Assembly: GCA_002269645.1 (NCBI GenBank)
Contig: NIVC01000184.1
Span: forward strand, 558,001 to 622,000
Origin: Macrostomum lignano
Taxonomy: Eukaryota
Length of the DNA stretch: 64,000 nucleotides
Direction: 5' to 3'
In this document: piece by piece, positions 12,597 to 24,799 of the stretch
Layout: each line of letters starts with the position of its first letter
Numbering within the stretch: the stretch's first letter is position 1
Notes under the pieces: generated by a model
Databases searched by the model: none
Told to the model about the DNA's origin: nothing
Seen by the model: only the letters and a program-made list of their open reading frames with translations
Position numbers and translations under genes: made by a program

Positions 12597-15500
12597 CAAG
12601 CTGTTGAAACCCGCGGATTTTGAACCCGGGGAACTCCATTCCCTGGATTTTTTTGCATGTATTCTAAAATCTGAGGTCAAACTCAAACAAAAACTTGTTA
12701 ATAGTTAGGATTAGAGTTAAATAGTGTACATTCATGTAAAATTAGGATTTGAGGCAAACATTGCTATTGTTGGCTGGGGTGCTGCGCAGAATGTCAGGCA
12801 AACTCTGGCCTCTACCTCTGCCTCTCCCTATGTCCTTTGCATCCTTTGAAACTTCCATCTTCTTTTCTGTTTCCTATCTTCTCTCTTGTCTCTTCTCTCT
12901 CTCTCCTCTTATCTCTTCTTTCTTCTCTCCTCTGTCCTCTCTCCTCTCGTCTCTTCTCTCGTCTCTTCCATCTCCCCTCTATTCTTTTCTCTCTCTTTTC
13001 CTCTTTTCTCTCTGGTCTCTGGTCTCTCATATCTCCTTTCTCCTCTTTTATCTCTTCTTGTTTCCCTCTGCTCTCTGCTCTCTCTTCCCTCACCTCTCTT
13101 CTCACTCCTTACTCTACCCTCTCTCAACACTTTCCTTATCTCTACTCTCTCCTTTTTCCTCTCTTCTCTCAACTCTCTCCTCTCATGTCTTCTATCCCTC
13201 ACCTCCCTTCTCTCTCGTCTTTGCTATCTTATCTCTCATTTTTCTTCTTTTATCTTCTCTCTCCTCTCCCCCCTCTCTCCTCTCATCTCTCTGCTATCTC
13301 CTGTCCTATCTCTCTTCTCTCTAATCTCTCCCCTCTTTCCTCTCCTCTCTCGTCCTTTTCACCAATTTCCCCTGTCCTCTCGATTCTCTCCCTTCCCCTC
13401 CTCTCTCCTCACTCACTTCTCATCTCTCCCTTGTCTGCACCTCTCATCTCTTATTTCTTATCTCTCCTCTTTTCTCTCTACTCTCCCATCTCTCGTCTGT
13501 TCTGATCTCTCATCTCCCCTCTCTGTTCTGTCATCTTTACTCTCATATGTTCTCTCACCTCTCTCCACTTGTACTCCTCTCTTTCCCCTTTTTTGACTCA
13601 GGAGGACTCGATCCTTTCTTCTTTCTTCTCGTCTCTTCTCTTCTCTCTTCTATACTCTCTCCCTCTCTTGTCTTCTCTCTTCTCTCTCACTCTCCTCTCT
13701 CCTCTCTTATATCGTCTGTTCACTCTCATCTTCGCTCTCTCATTCCCCTCTCTCTTCTGTCATCTCTACTCTCCTCTCTACTGTGTACTCTTCTCTTTCC
13801 CCTCTTCTGACACCCCTCTTTCCTTACTCATCTCTTCTCTTCCCTCTTCTATACTCTCTCCCCTCTATTCTCTTCTCTCGTCTCTCTGCACTCTGCTCTC
13901 TCTTCCTTCATCTCTTAACTCTACTCTCTCGATCATCTTTTTTTCATCTCTCTCATCTCCACGATCTCATCTCTTTCCTCTCTCCTCCTCTTCCCTTTAC
14001 TCTATCATCTCTCCTTTCTCCTCTCTTCTTTCTCAACTCTCTCTCTTATCTCTTATATCTTATATCTTATCTCATCTTCTCACTCTTCCCTCTCTCATCT
14101 CTTATCTCCTCTTCTCACTCCTCTCTCTCCCCTCTATCCCCCTCTTATCTCCTCTCTTCTCTATCCTTTCTAATCTCTCCTCTCGATCCTCTCTCATCTG
14201 CCTCTCTGTTCTCTCATCTCTCATCTCTTCTCACTCTTCTCTACTCTCCTCTCTCATTGATCCTCTGTCTCATCTCTCCCCTCTTCTCTCTCCATCTTCT
14301 CACCTCTAATTCCATCTCCCTTCTCTCTTCCCTCCTCTCGCTTCTTCCTCCCGACTCCCATATTCTCTGCTCTGCCGCTGCCCTCGACCCCCTCGTCTCT
14401 CCTGATATCTTCTATCTATTCTCTTATCCCCTCTCGCCCCTCCTCCCTTTCTAATAGTCTATTCCTTTTCCTTTTCACTCTCATCTGCCCCGCAGCCATA
14501 AGCTTGATTCTTTATCTGGCCTTTGAGATAAAAATCTGCCGATCCCTGCTTCGAAAGCCAGTTTGTGGGACGTAGTACTATCATGGTTGTTATAATTTCT
14601 CGTGCTCTTTCTGGCCAATTAGCAGTCCTGAGAGGAATTTGTGTATCTCCATTCTCTAGCTCCACCACCACAGTCTGCAGCAGTCTAACAACCAAGGAAA
14701 TACGCATTTCTTAGGAGGTTATTTAAATTTTCAAGTACCTTATTCGTATCTTAATGTTAAAATTTTCATGGTGTAAGCAATTTAGTAGGATTGCATTGTA
14801 ATCAGTTCATTGTAATCATTAATTTTTCGCTATTTTTACAAACCATCCCACATCGCCTTGATTTGCCATCCTTGTTTAACTCCTGCAGACTTGTCTTATA
14901 CAGGAGTGAGGACAGTGGTTGAATCTCTCGCTAAACTCTCTCCTCTCCACGCCTCTCCACTCGCGGGGGTACAGAGAAGGCTATTAAAAAGTTATTCCAA
15001 AACACTGTACATTCGCTATGTACATTGAGCCCTATCGCCTGACCCTTCGTCTGGCTCTGGGGGAATGAGTGAGTGGCACAAACAACAGAAAAAGCAGACA
15101 AACTTCACATGCTTACAGTTTCCGTCCTGATTGAGATACAGAGTTGAAACTTTACATTTAGATAGAGAATGAGTCAATGAAGAATTGTGTCAAGTTTAAA
15201 GTCAATCGCTTTACGTGGAGCAAACTTATGGCAGCTGAAAGCTAGTCAATTTTGAAACCATTTTACACATCTGGGCTCAGATCGGTATCGGGAAAGAGAG
15301 GCAGGCGGGCGGAGGTTGGGGTGGTTGCTACGCTGAAAAAAACAGCCTAACTTTAAAAGTGCACAGCACCGCTCAGGATTAACTTTGAGACTCGAAATTT
15401 TACATGATTGTGCCAAAATAGTTTAAGATTATCTGTGTCAAATTTAAAGAGAATCGGTAGAAGTGGAGCGGCGCTAAGGAGGCTTTAGTAAAAAAATCGC

Positions 15501-15698
15501 GCATTTTGAGCAGTTTTTTGCACTTTTAGGTAGGAAGACTCAAATTTAGGAAATTTAAAGGTAGCCTAAGACATTCTCCGTAGTGAGTTTAGGGTGGGTG
15601 TAAAATTTGATGTCATTTGGTTGAGCGGTTTGGGAGTCCATAGCGATCAAAATTGTCCACACACACACACACAGAGTTTTGATTTTTATAGGTAGAGA
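12597..15698 (-). mobile_element. Non-autonomous Helitron-like element, middle copy
   Basis: Same termini. Exact CTTG|TC junctions with both neighbours. Confidence 0.75.
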
Positions 15699-18600
15699 CA
15701 AGCTGTTGAAACCCGCGGATTTTGAACCCGGGGAACTCCATTCCCCGGAATTATTTTTGCATGTATTCTAAAATCTGAGGTAAAACTCAAACAAAAACTT
15801 GTTCCCTTGTTAATAGTTAGGATAGAGTTAAAGATAAAATAGTGTACATTCATATAATTAGGATTTGAGGCAAAAATTGATATTGTTGGCTAGGGTGCTG
15901 CATAGAATGTCAGGCAAACTCTGGCCTCTACGTACCTCTGCCTCTCCCTATGTCCTTTGCATCCTTTGAAACTTCCATCTTCTTTTCTGTTTCCTATCTT
16001 CTCTCTCGTCTCTTCTCTCTCTCCCCTCTTATCTCTTCTTTCTTCTCTCCTCTCTCGTCTCCTCTCTCATCTCCTCTTTCGTCTCTTCCCTCTCCCCTCT
16101 ATTCTTTTCTCTCTCTTCTCCTCTCTTCGCTCTGGTCTCTGGTCTCTCATATCTCCTTTCTCCTATTTTATCTTTTCTCATTTCTCTCTGCTCTCTACTC
16201 TCTCTCCCTCTGCTCTCTGCTCTCTCTTCCCTCACCTCTTTTCTCACTCCTTACTCTACCCTCTCTCAACACTTTCCTTATCTCTACTCTCTCCTTTTTC
16301 CTCTCTTCTCTCAACTCTTTCCTCTCCTCTGTCCACTCTCTCCTCTCATCTCTCTGCTCTCTCCTATCCTATCTCTCTTCTCTCTCTTCTCTCCCCTCTT
16401 TCCTCTCCTATCTCGTCCTTTTCACCAATTTCCCCTGTCCTCTCGATTCTCTCCCTTCCCCTCCTCTCTCCTCACTCACTTCTCATCTCTCCCGTCTCCA
16501 CCTCTCATCCCTTATTTCTTATCTCTCCTCTTTTCTCTCTACTCTCCCATCTCTCGTCTGTTCACTCTTGTTTCTGCTCTCTCATCTCCCCTCTCTCATC
16601 TGTCATCTTTACTCTCATATGTTCTCTCACCTCTCTCCCCTTGTACTCCTCTCTTTCCCCTTTTTGACTCAGGAGGACTCGATCCTTTCTTCTTTCTTCT
16701 CGTCTCTTCTCTTCTCTCTTCTATACTCTCTCCCTCTCTTGTCTTCTCTCTTCTCTCTCACTCTCCTCTCTCCTCTCTTATATTGTCTGTTTACTCTCAT
16801 TCCCCTCTCTCTTCTGTCATCTCTACTCTCCTCTCTACTGTGTACTATTCTCTTTTCCCTCTTCTGACTCCTCTCTTTCCTTACTCCTCTCTTCTCTTCC
16901 CTCTTTTATACTATCTCCCCTCTATTCTCTTTTCTTGTCTCTCCGCACTCTGCTCTCTCTTCCTTCATCTCTCATCTCTACTCTACTCTCTCATATTTCC
17001 TTTCATCTCACTCATCTCTACAATCTCATCTCTTTCCTCTCTCCTCCTCTTCCCTTTACTCTATCATCTCTCCTTTGTCCTCTCTTCTTTCTCAACTCTC
17101 TCTCTCATCTCTATCTTCTCTCTTCTCACTCGTCTCTCCCCCTCTTATCTCCTCTCCTCTATCCTTTCTAATCCCCCTCTCGATACTCTCATCTCCTCTT
17201 TGTTCTCTCATCTCACTCTTCTCTACTCTCCTCTCTCATCGATCCTCTGTCTCATCTCTCCCCTCTTCTCTCTCCATCTTCTCACCTTTACTATTTCCTC
17301 TCCCTTCTCTCTCCCCTCCTCTCGCTTCTTCATCCCATATTCTCTGCTCTCTCCTCAACCTCCTCGTACGTCTCTCCTGTTATCTTCTATCTTTTCTTTT
17401 ATCCCCTCTCGCCCTCCTCCCTTTCTAATAGTCTATTCCTTTTCCTTTTCACTCTCATCTGGCCCGTAGCCATGAGCTGGATTCTTTATCTGGCCTTTGA
17501 GATAAAAATCTGCCAATCCCTGCTTCGAAAGCCAGTTTGTGGGACATAGTTCTATCATGGTTGTTATCATTTCCCATGCTTTAATCACGTCATCTTTCTG
17601 GTCAATTAGCAGCGCTGAGAGAAATTTGTATATCTCCAGCTCCACCACCACAGTCTGCAGCAGTCTAACAACCATGGAAATATGCATTTCTTAGGAGGCC
17701 ATTTAAATTTTAAGGTACCTTATGCGAATCTTAATGTTAAAATTTTTATGGTGTAACTAATTTAGTAGGATTGCATTGTAATCAGTTATTCATTAATTTT
17801 TTGCTATTTTTACAAACCATCCCACATCGCCTTGATTTGCCATCCTTGTTTAACTGCTGCAGACTTGTCTATTCAGAGGAAAGGAAAGTGGTTTAAAATT
17901 GAATCTAATATATCTAAAGTAGCAATCTCTCGCTAAACTCTCTCCTCTCCACGCCTCTCCACTCGTGGGGGTACAGAGAAGGCTATTAAAAAGTTATTCC
18001 AAAACACTGTACACTCGCTATGTACATTGAGCCCTATCGCCTGACCCTTCTTCTGAGCTGGGGGAATGAGTGAGTGAGCGGCACAAACAACAGAAAAAGC
18101 AGACAAACTTCACATGCTTACAGTTTCTTGTTCGGTTGAGTTACAGAGTTGAAACTTTACATTTAGACAGAGAATGAGTCAATGAAGAATTGTGTCAAGT
18201 TTGAAGTCAATCGCTTTACGTGGAGCAAACTTATGGCAGCTGAAAGTTAGTCAATTTTGAAACCCTTTTACACATCTGGGCCCAGATCGGGATCGGGAAA
18301 GAGAGGCAGGCGGGCGGAGGTTGGGGTGGCTGCCTCGCTGAAAAAAACAGCCTAACTTTAAAAGTGCACAGCGGCTTTCAGGATTAACTTTGAGATTTGA
18401 AATTTTACACGATTGTGTCAAAATAGTTGAAAATTGCCTGTGTCAAATTTGAAGAGAATCGGTAGAAGTGGAGCGGCGCTATGGAGGATTAATTGAAAAA
18501 ATCGCGCATTTTGAGCAGTTTTTTGTACTTTTAGGTAGGAAGACTTGAGTCTAGGAAATTAAAAGGTAGCCTAAGACATTCTCCGTAGTGAGTTTAGGGT

Positions 18601-18707
18601 GGGTGTAAAGTTTGGTGTCATTTGGTTGAGCGGTTTGGGAGTCCATAGCGATCAAAATTGTCCACACACACACACACACACAGAGTTTTGATTTTTATAT
18701 GTAGAGA
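15699..18707 (-). mobile_element. Non-autonomous Helitron-like element, rightmost copy
   Basis: Same termini. The 5' TC is preceded by a host A, so the trimer sits at an A|T site with no TSD. Confidence 0.75.
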
Positions 18708-18899
18708 TAGTCCACGCATCTGCATGGTAGTAGTAGTAGTAGTAGTAGTAGTAGTAAGTTTGGCTCAGGCAAAGAGCCTGTTTTGCCAATATGATTCGAT
18801 TCATTTAATATTTGTTCAAAAGGTTGATTATTTCTATATGATCGATTAATACGATTTAAATGATATTTGTAAAAGTAAGGTATTTGAAAGAGCGTCTGG

Positions 18900-20300
18900 A
18901 ATTTTTACGGTTTTTTCGAACGACTAACGACTAACAACAGAACGACAAGATTTTAAGTAGGGAATAATTATACAAAAACAGTGTGACAAATAAAGGCGGA
19001 AAGACGTACGGTTTGTGTAGCGGTTAAATTTAATAATATAGAGCCAGCAGCCGACTTTCTTTAGCGTAAATTGCAGATTTGGTATGTTGAATTGAATGTT
19101 AGGTTTGGATTGGTAGCTGCTTAAGTTTAGTGCGACTTAAGCAATTGAATGCGACGGCTAAGGGGCCCGCGAGAAGCGGAGCGAAAACCCAGGAGTGAAG
19201 GGAGAGAGCGGCGGCTGACTGCAAGCGTATATTTAATTGGTAGGTAAACAGATAACAAACAACAACACCCCTAATCCAAAACCCAAACAAACCCCCCACT
19301 GCACGCGGCGCGCAATGTACATGTACAAATTAATCGATAAATTATATCGTGTAAGAATAACATACGCCAGTACATGTACATAGGTAGAACTACTTTACGA
19401 GAAATAATAACGATATGAATGAAATACAAATAATAGAATAAATACATACGAGGCTACAAAAAGAAAGCAATTAACTGTAACATTAGCGCAATAGTAATGC
19501 GTATAGAATATTGTTAAAATTAAATTAAAGAATACAAGTAGTACGGTATGCATGCGAAATAAAGAAATACGATCAGATGATTCTACGAATTACACTGTCA
19601 CAACAGATACCGTATGACCCTGATGCAAAACGATTCTTCTAAAATGCGATTCAAAAAAGGTAGTTAAATATTATTCTGTCAATATAACAAATATCGAGTA
19701 TATAAGGATTGCTCTCAATAAATAGGGTTTTTGTGTAAAGATATAGTATTTGAAAGCGCGTGATATTTGAAAGCGTGAAAAACATGGATCGATGATTGGC
19801 CGACGATAATGTGGCGGCCCCGAAAATAATCAACGAAGACAAATACGGCCGAGGCAATTTTTGTAGCGGTAGCACTTGGCAATAATGGCGACTGATCATG
19901 ATATGCGGGCAATGAGTGGGTCGATGAGCTTAAGGCAATGGTGACGAAGTGATGGCGGTGAACGTGCGGTGGCGGTGCTCGTAGTGAGAGCTCGAACAGG
20001 CAGTAGAAGTGGCGTGACTGAGGCTCGGCAGAGGCGTGGTTAAGAACTGTAGCGGAGTGAGGCGGAGAGAAGGCAAGCAAACACGGAGTGCCGGGGCGGC
20101 AAGAGTCTAAGGAGCCTAAGGCTGGCTAACGAGGCAGAAAAACAGGGAAAGGAAAACAGGTAAAGGCCCCGAGCGCCCCAGCCAGACAGGACTGATAAAG
20201 AGCGGGCTGGGGGTGGGTGCGCGCGGGGAACTTAACATAATTAATGCGCGGCTTTTCTATTGGCCGGCTGGAAAAAACAGAAAACAGAAATTATCGATCG
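18900..20300. promoter_or_regulatory. CpG-rich promoter-like region, possibly the SMAD4 5' end
   Basis: GC/CpG-rich blocks at ~19140-19320 and ~19940-20280, with a CCAAT box (attgg, ~20260) and a GC-box-like run. No convincing coding homology. Confidence 0.3.
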
Positions 20301-21767
20301 CGCACTGTACGCAGGCTTTACAAATGTACGCAAGGTGAAAATTCTTTGGGCACTACTTTAAGCAGACGTGAGAGTACGAAACAACAATATTATAGAGATT
20401 GGTACCGTATGCTAAAACGGCCCTTGGCGGGGCTACTTAAACTGACAACGTCACAATCATGAACAGCCAACTAACTGGCGTGTCGTCGTAGAGGTAGAGG
20501 TACTACTACGAGTAGTACTAGTGGGGTGTTGGCCAATTTGGAACTTTGAATTTGTTTTGGTTTCGGCTGTGTTTGAATCGGTTACGTGTGCCGGAATTTC
20601 CGGGAGTCCGAGTCCATTTGAACAACTGGGTGCCATAGGACGGGAGCTCGATCCGGCAGCTGATTTCATCAAATTCAGAGGAGGGTAGCTTGCAGGTCGC
20701 GTGGCTGAGTGGTCGAAGTTGATCCCGTCCTTCATAATGCCCGCGCAGACAGGATTGAAGTTTTGAAGCCGATGATAGTTATTTAAATTACCCTGTAAGT
20801 TGATTTGCCGGGTTACAGTGTAGGTCGCTGCCACAACCGTGGTAATTCGCCGGGAAAAATCCTGAGACTTGCATGGCCAGCTTGAACTAGTCTAAGAACT
20901 CTTCTTACTTCAGTCAGAGGTTACGAAGTCTAGCACACTCGTGAACGATTTAATGGTAATTCCATGATTTTTTTAATTGGTTTCAACAGCGCGCGTAACG
21001 AATGCGCGTAACGAATGCGCGTCTGCAGATGGTACGTATAATTACAGTTAAGTTTATTTGTGTTACCAACGTCGTCAAAGCAACGTGTAGATTGCAAATA
21101 GTTGGGAAGAGCTGCTGGTTGGGATCGGTAATTCTCGTGCTGAGGCATTTGGTACCTGCGGGAATCGCTTCCCCGTGCACTCGATCAGTAAAATTCGCGC
21201 ATCCACCCCTTTTTTCTACATGCGTTTCAATTGGTTCCTGCGCACCCATGCCAGCTGTACCCCTTTAATTTCGATCTTCATAGTATTAGGCCAGTTGCAA
21301 GCTGACATAATTCATGCTAACACTTGCCACCCGCAGTGTAACCCCTTCCCACACGGTTGAACCCTTTTTATATAAATGAGTCTGCTCTGATCTCGACGCC
21401 TTGGCCAGACTCAAGTAGAACCAGCATCCTTTTTTTAAAATTCCAACCCACACACCGCGGAGATCCCCAATGGAGATATGACGAATCTTGAAAAAAGCTG
21501 AATTATCTAATAGTTAGTAGTAGCCAGGGACTACTAAATTAAATACTCGAGACGTGTGGAAACCGACTGAATGCAAAAAAGTTTGAGTCCGATTTTTAAA
21601 GTTCAAATTGCCTTTTAGCAGCTTAAAATTAGCTACCTGCATGCCTTGTAAAAGTTTGCGAAATACGGCCGAGTTACATACATCTAATTGTTCACCAAAT
21701 CTTATTGTCAACACACAATTTGGACAAAACTTCATGGTTAAAACATATAAGTTAAGAGCTGATAAAT

Positions 21768-22169
21768 TTGACTTTTGTTATAGTGAAGACTAGCCTCGAC
21801 CACCATGCAGAAAACTTGCAGAAAAATCGACCGGACGATGGAGACGATGGAGAAGAAGGTGAACAATGTGAAGAAGAAGGAGAAGGAGAAGAGGAAGAGG
21901 GAGAAGAAGGAGAAGAGCAGGACCCAGCCGAAGAAGACGATAATGTCGAAAGATTCGAAGACAGCACCCAGCAGTCGAAGAAAGCCGGCAAGAATCGGCA
22001 CGCGGTCGACCAAGCAGAGAAAGAGGACGCGAAAGAGGAAGAGAGCAGCGCCAATGCGGCCAACATCCAGCAGGATGCTCAGGCAGAGGAAGAGAGCGCC
22101 GAAGACGACGTCCTCGTTGATGTGGACCAGCAGGAGTCTGACCGGGCAGCTAGCGACGAAATATTTTAA
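21768..22169 (+). CDS. Acidic (Glu/Asp-rich) orphan protein, copy A; probably a terminal exon
   Basis: Open acidic frame ending AASDEIF*. Candidate acceptor ttttgttatAG at 21783. Paralogous to 24170-24799. Confidence 0.45.
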   Translation: MTFVIVKTSLDHHAENLQKNRPDDGDDGEEGEQCEEEGEGEEEEGEEGEEQDPAEEDDNVERFEDSTQQSKKAGKNRHAVDQAEKEDAKEEESSANAANIQQDAQAEEESAEDDVLVDVDQQESDRAASDEIF

Positions 22170-24169
22170 AACTTTGTATGAAAAGTTCAACCGCATGATG
22201 TCCGTGTGTACGAGCCATGTTATTTTTTACTCGGTATTTTTGCATGATTCGGTCGTTTCCCCTCCAATGCTTTTAGTAGTTCCTGGCTTTGTCTTTTTGT
22301 CTAGCTGACTTCCATTATTTATATTTATTTATACTGTGTACGATTTACTTTCTGAACCCCAAACTAAATACAAGCTCGTAATTCTGTCTAAAAATTTAAA
22401 TATCTGTAGCTACACTACACTCGTATCTAAACTTGCCAGTAGCAGCTGTTGTTTTATGAACTGCAATATGTAATACATATAACCTGTCTATAAGTCTTTT
22501 GTTTAAAAAAACCTAGAATTGATGGTATCAAAAATGCAACGCATCTTAGCATATGTACCTGTAGGAGTGAAGCGACATTTAACCGACAGATACTGAAGAA
22601 AATTGCTAGTGTTGCACAGGTTGTAGCGCATGTATAATCGGGTGGTGATCAGTCACTCGAAAACTCCCACTTCCAGACCTTAAGCCTGGAAACAAATCAG
22701 TGATCACTTGTGCGGGCTCCTCTTCTTTGTAGTCCAGGTTGCAGTTGCGCGCTTAAGAATCCTCTAAAGGTATCCTATCCAATCCCTTAGGAAAAGGGGA
22801 GGCCTCAAATTCAATAAACTCAGTAAAATTAACTGATTAGTAACAGCCGGCAATAACAAGGCTCTCAATAATCAAATAAAGAAGGCTTAAACAAAGGCTT
22901 ACCGAACGTTATTTATTTCCCTCAGAGATGTAGCCTCGCTTAGCTGTTCCCAGCAAGCTCAAGATATCTTTTGGAGGCTGCTCCGAGTCTGAGATTTTTG
23001 CTCGGATTTTTCGCTTGCAATATTTATAGGCAATTTTTTGAGAAATATAAATAGCAACATGACGATCATCTTATCGGTAAAAATAGTAACATGATTCTTC
23101 TTTGCGCTATTAATAGTAAGACGATTAATCTTCGTTATAAATAGTAACCTGATTCACAGTTTAAGTTTTGCTGCGCATGTTTGCATTAGTCTACTTACAG
23201 TAGCGTTTTATGAATAATTATACTCTACAACTTGTACTATATGCATTTACATAATAGCTGACTAAAAAAGTCCAGGCAATGAGGTGCATTTAAACTTCTA
23301 GTGCCCCAGCTTGCTGCAAGGCAACTGGTGAATGAATGAGTCAGTGTTTTTAATTCTGCTACAAGTACATTTGCGCATACATGTGCATGCTATACGTTTG
23401 CCCTACTGACCACAGAATATCACAGTATTCTGTGCTACTGACCGTCCTTCATGCAACCCCGACCAAATAAAGCTTTAATTTCGTACATGTGTAAGCAGTA
23501 CGTAGTTTGCTAGTCGTGCACAGTGTGTAAATACAGTATCTAATTTAAATCCGCACTACCTTCGGTTCACGATCATTTACATGTATTTCTCCCATTTAAA
23601 TGATCATAAACCGAAGTGGATGTACATGTATATGATCCCCGTCATCGCCATACAGTATGCCACGGGAGAAACCACAGGTCGGCTATATTACGTTCAGTTT
23701 TTTCTATTGAAACGAAGAAGCCCAGTTTAATAGTTTTTGGTTCTTTTGAGCAGGCCATGATCGCTGAAATGGAAAATAACATAGGGATCGGGAACCAAAA
23801 TGCAGGTGAATAAATAATCGTAAACCGAAGGATTAGCAATTACTTGACGAATAAAACCAATACAATTCAATATAGAACGTTGATTTCTTCTTTCTGTACC
23901 TTCTTAAATAGTTGTGAAGGCTTCGTGTTTTTTGACTTGCTAATGACTAACAGCAGCTATAGGGTTGTGTACACGTAAAACGCAGTTGTCACGATGTCCT
24001 CCAACGAGGTTTTTATGGAGGGATACATGCGAGCGAGCAGCAGGGTCTCTGTAAAGAAAATTGATTTAAAAAATACCGAGTAAACAATAACTGTCTCGTG
24101 AACACGGATATCGCACTGTTTAACTTATACAAGTAAAACGCATAATATAATAATTTTTCATACAAAGTT

Positions 24170-24799
24170 TTAAAATATTTCGTCGCTAGCCGCCCGGTCA
24201 GCCTCCTGCTGGTCCACATCGACGAGGACGTCGTCTTCGGCGCTCTCATCCTCTGCCTGAGCATCCTGCTGGACATTGGCCGCATTGGCGCTGTTCTCTT
24301 CCTCAAAATTGTCTTCGTCCTCGTTCTCTGCTTGGTCGACCGCGTGCCGATTCTTGCCGGCTTTCTTCGACTGCTGGGTGCTGTCTTCGAATTTTTCCTC
24401 ATTATCGTCTTCTTCGGCTGGGTCCTGCTCTTCTCCTTCTTCTCCCTCTTCCTCTTCTCCTTCTCCTTCTTCTTCTTCTTCTTCTTCACATTGTTCACCT
24501 CCTTCTCCATCGTCTCCATCTTCTTGATCTTCGTCTTCGCACGCCTGCTGTTCACTTTCATCCTCTTCCTCAGCGCCCTGGTCGGCATCGCCCCCTTCAA
24601 CTTCCTCTTCCTCCTCTTCTTCTTCTGCTCCTCCGTCTTCTTGATCTTCGTCATTTTGCACCTCGTTGCCATCTTCTTCGAATTCATCCTCGCCATCCTC
24701 AGCCTCATCTTTTGTCTGCTGAGTCAAATTCAGCTTGTTCTTGTTGTTAGCGTTGTTAGCACTGCGGTTGTCATTGAGCTGGCAGCTTGAATCGTTCAT
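24170..24799 (-). CDS. Acidic (Glu/Asp-rich) orphan protein, copy B (209 aa from ATG 24799)
   Basis: MNDSSCQLNDN...EEEE...DPAEEDDN...AASDEIF*. Several differences from copy A are synonymous in this frame and the indels preserve frame. Confidence 0.5.
   Translation of the reverse strand: MNDSSCQLNDNRSANNANNKNKLNLTQQTKDEAEDGEDEFEEDGNEVQNDEDQEDGGAEEEEEEEEVEGGDADQGAEEEDESEQQACEDEDQEDGDDGEGGEQCEEEEEEEGEGEEEEGEEGEEQDPAEEDDNEEKFEDSTQQSKKAGKNRHAVDQAENEDEDNFEEENSANAANVQQDAQAEDESAEDDVLVDVDQQEADRAASDEIF

Noticed and set aside
9809-17469. Many long S/L/P/F-rich and R/E-rich ORFs
   Set aside because: They are translations of CT-rich tracts that lack stop codons by composition; there is no domain signal.
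21805-22308. K/R-rich ORFs (also 24013-24708) as the primary products
   Set aside because: A basic +1 frame is expected from GAA/GAG/GAT-rich codons, and the silent changes favour the acidic frame. Kept only as a caveat in the finding.
23560-23617. Imperfect 20-bp inverted repeat between the acidic genes
   Set aside because: Short and without further context; could be a MITE remnant or chance.
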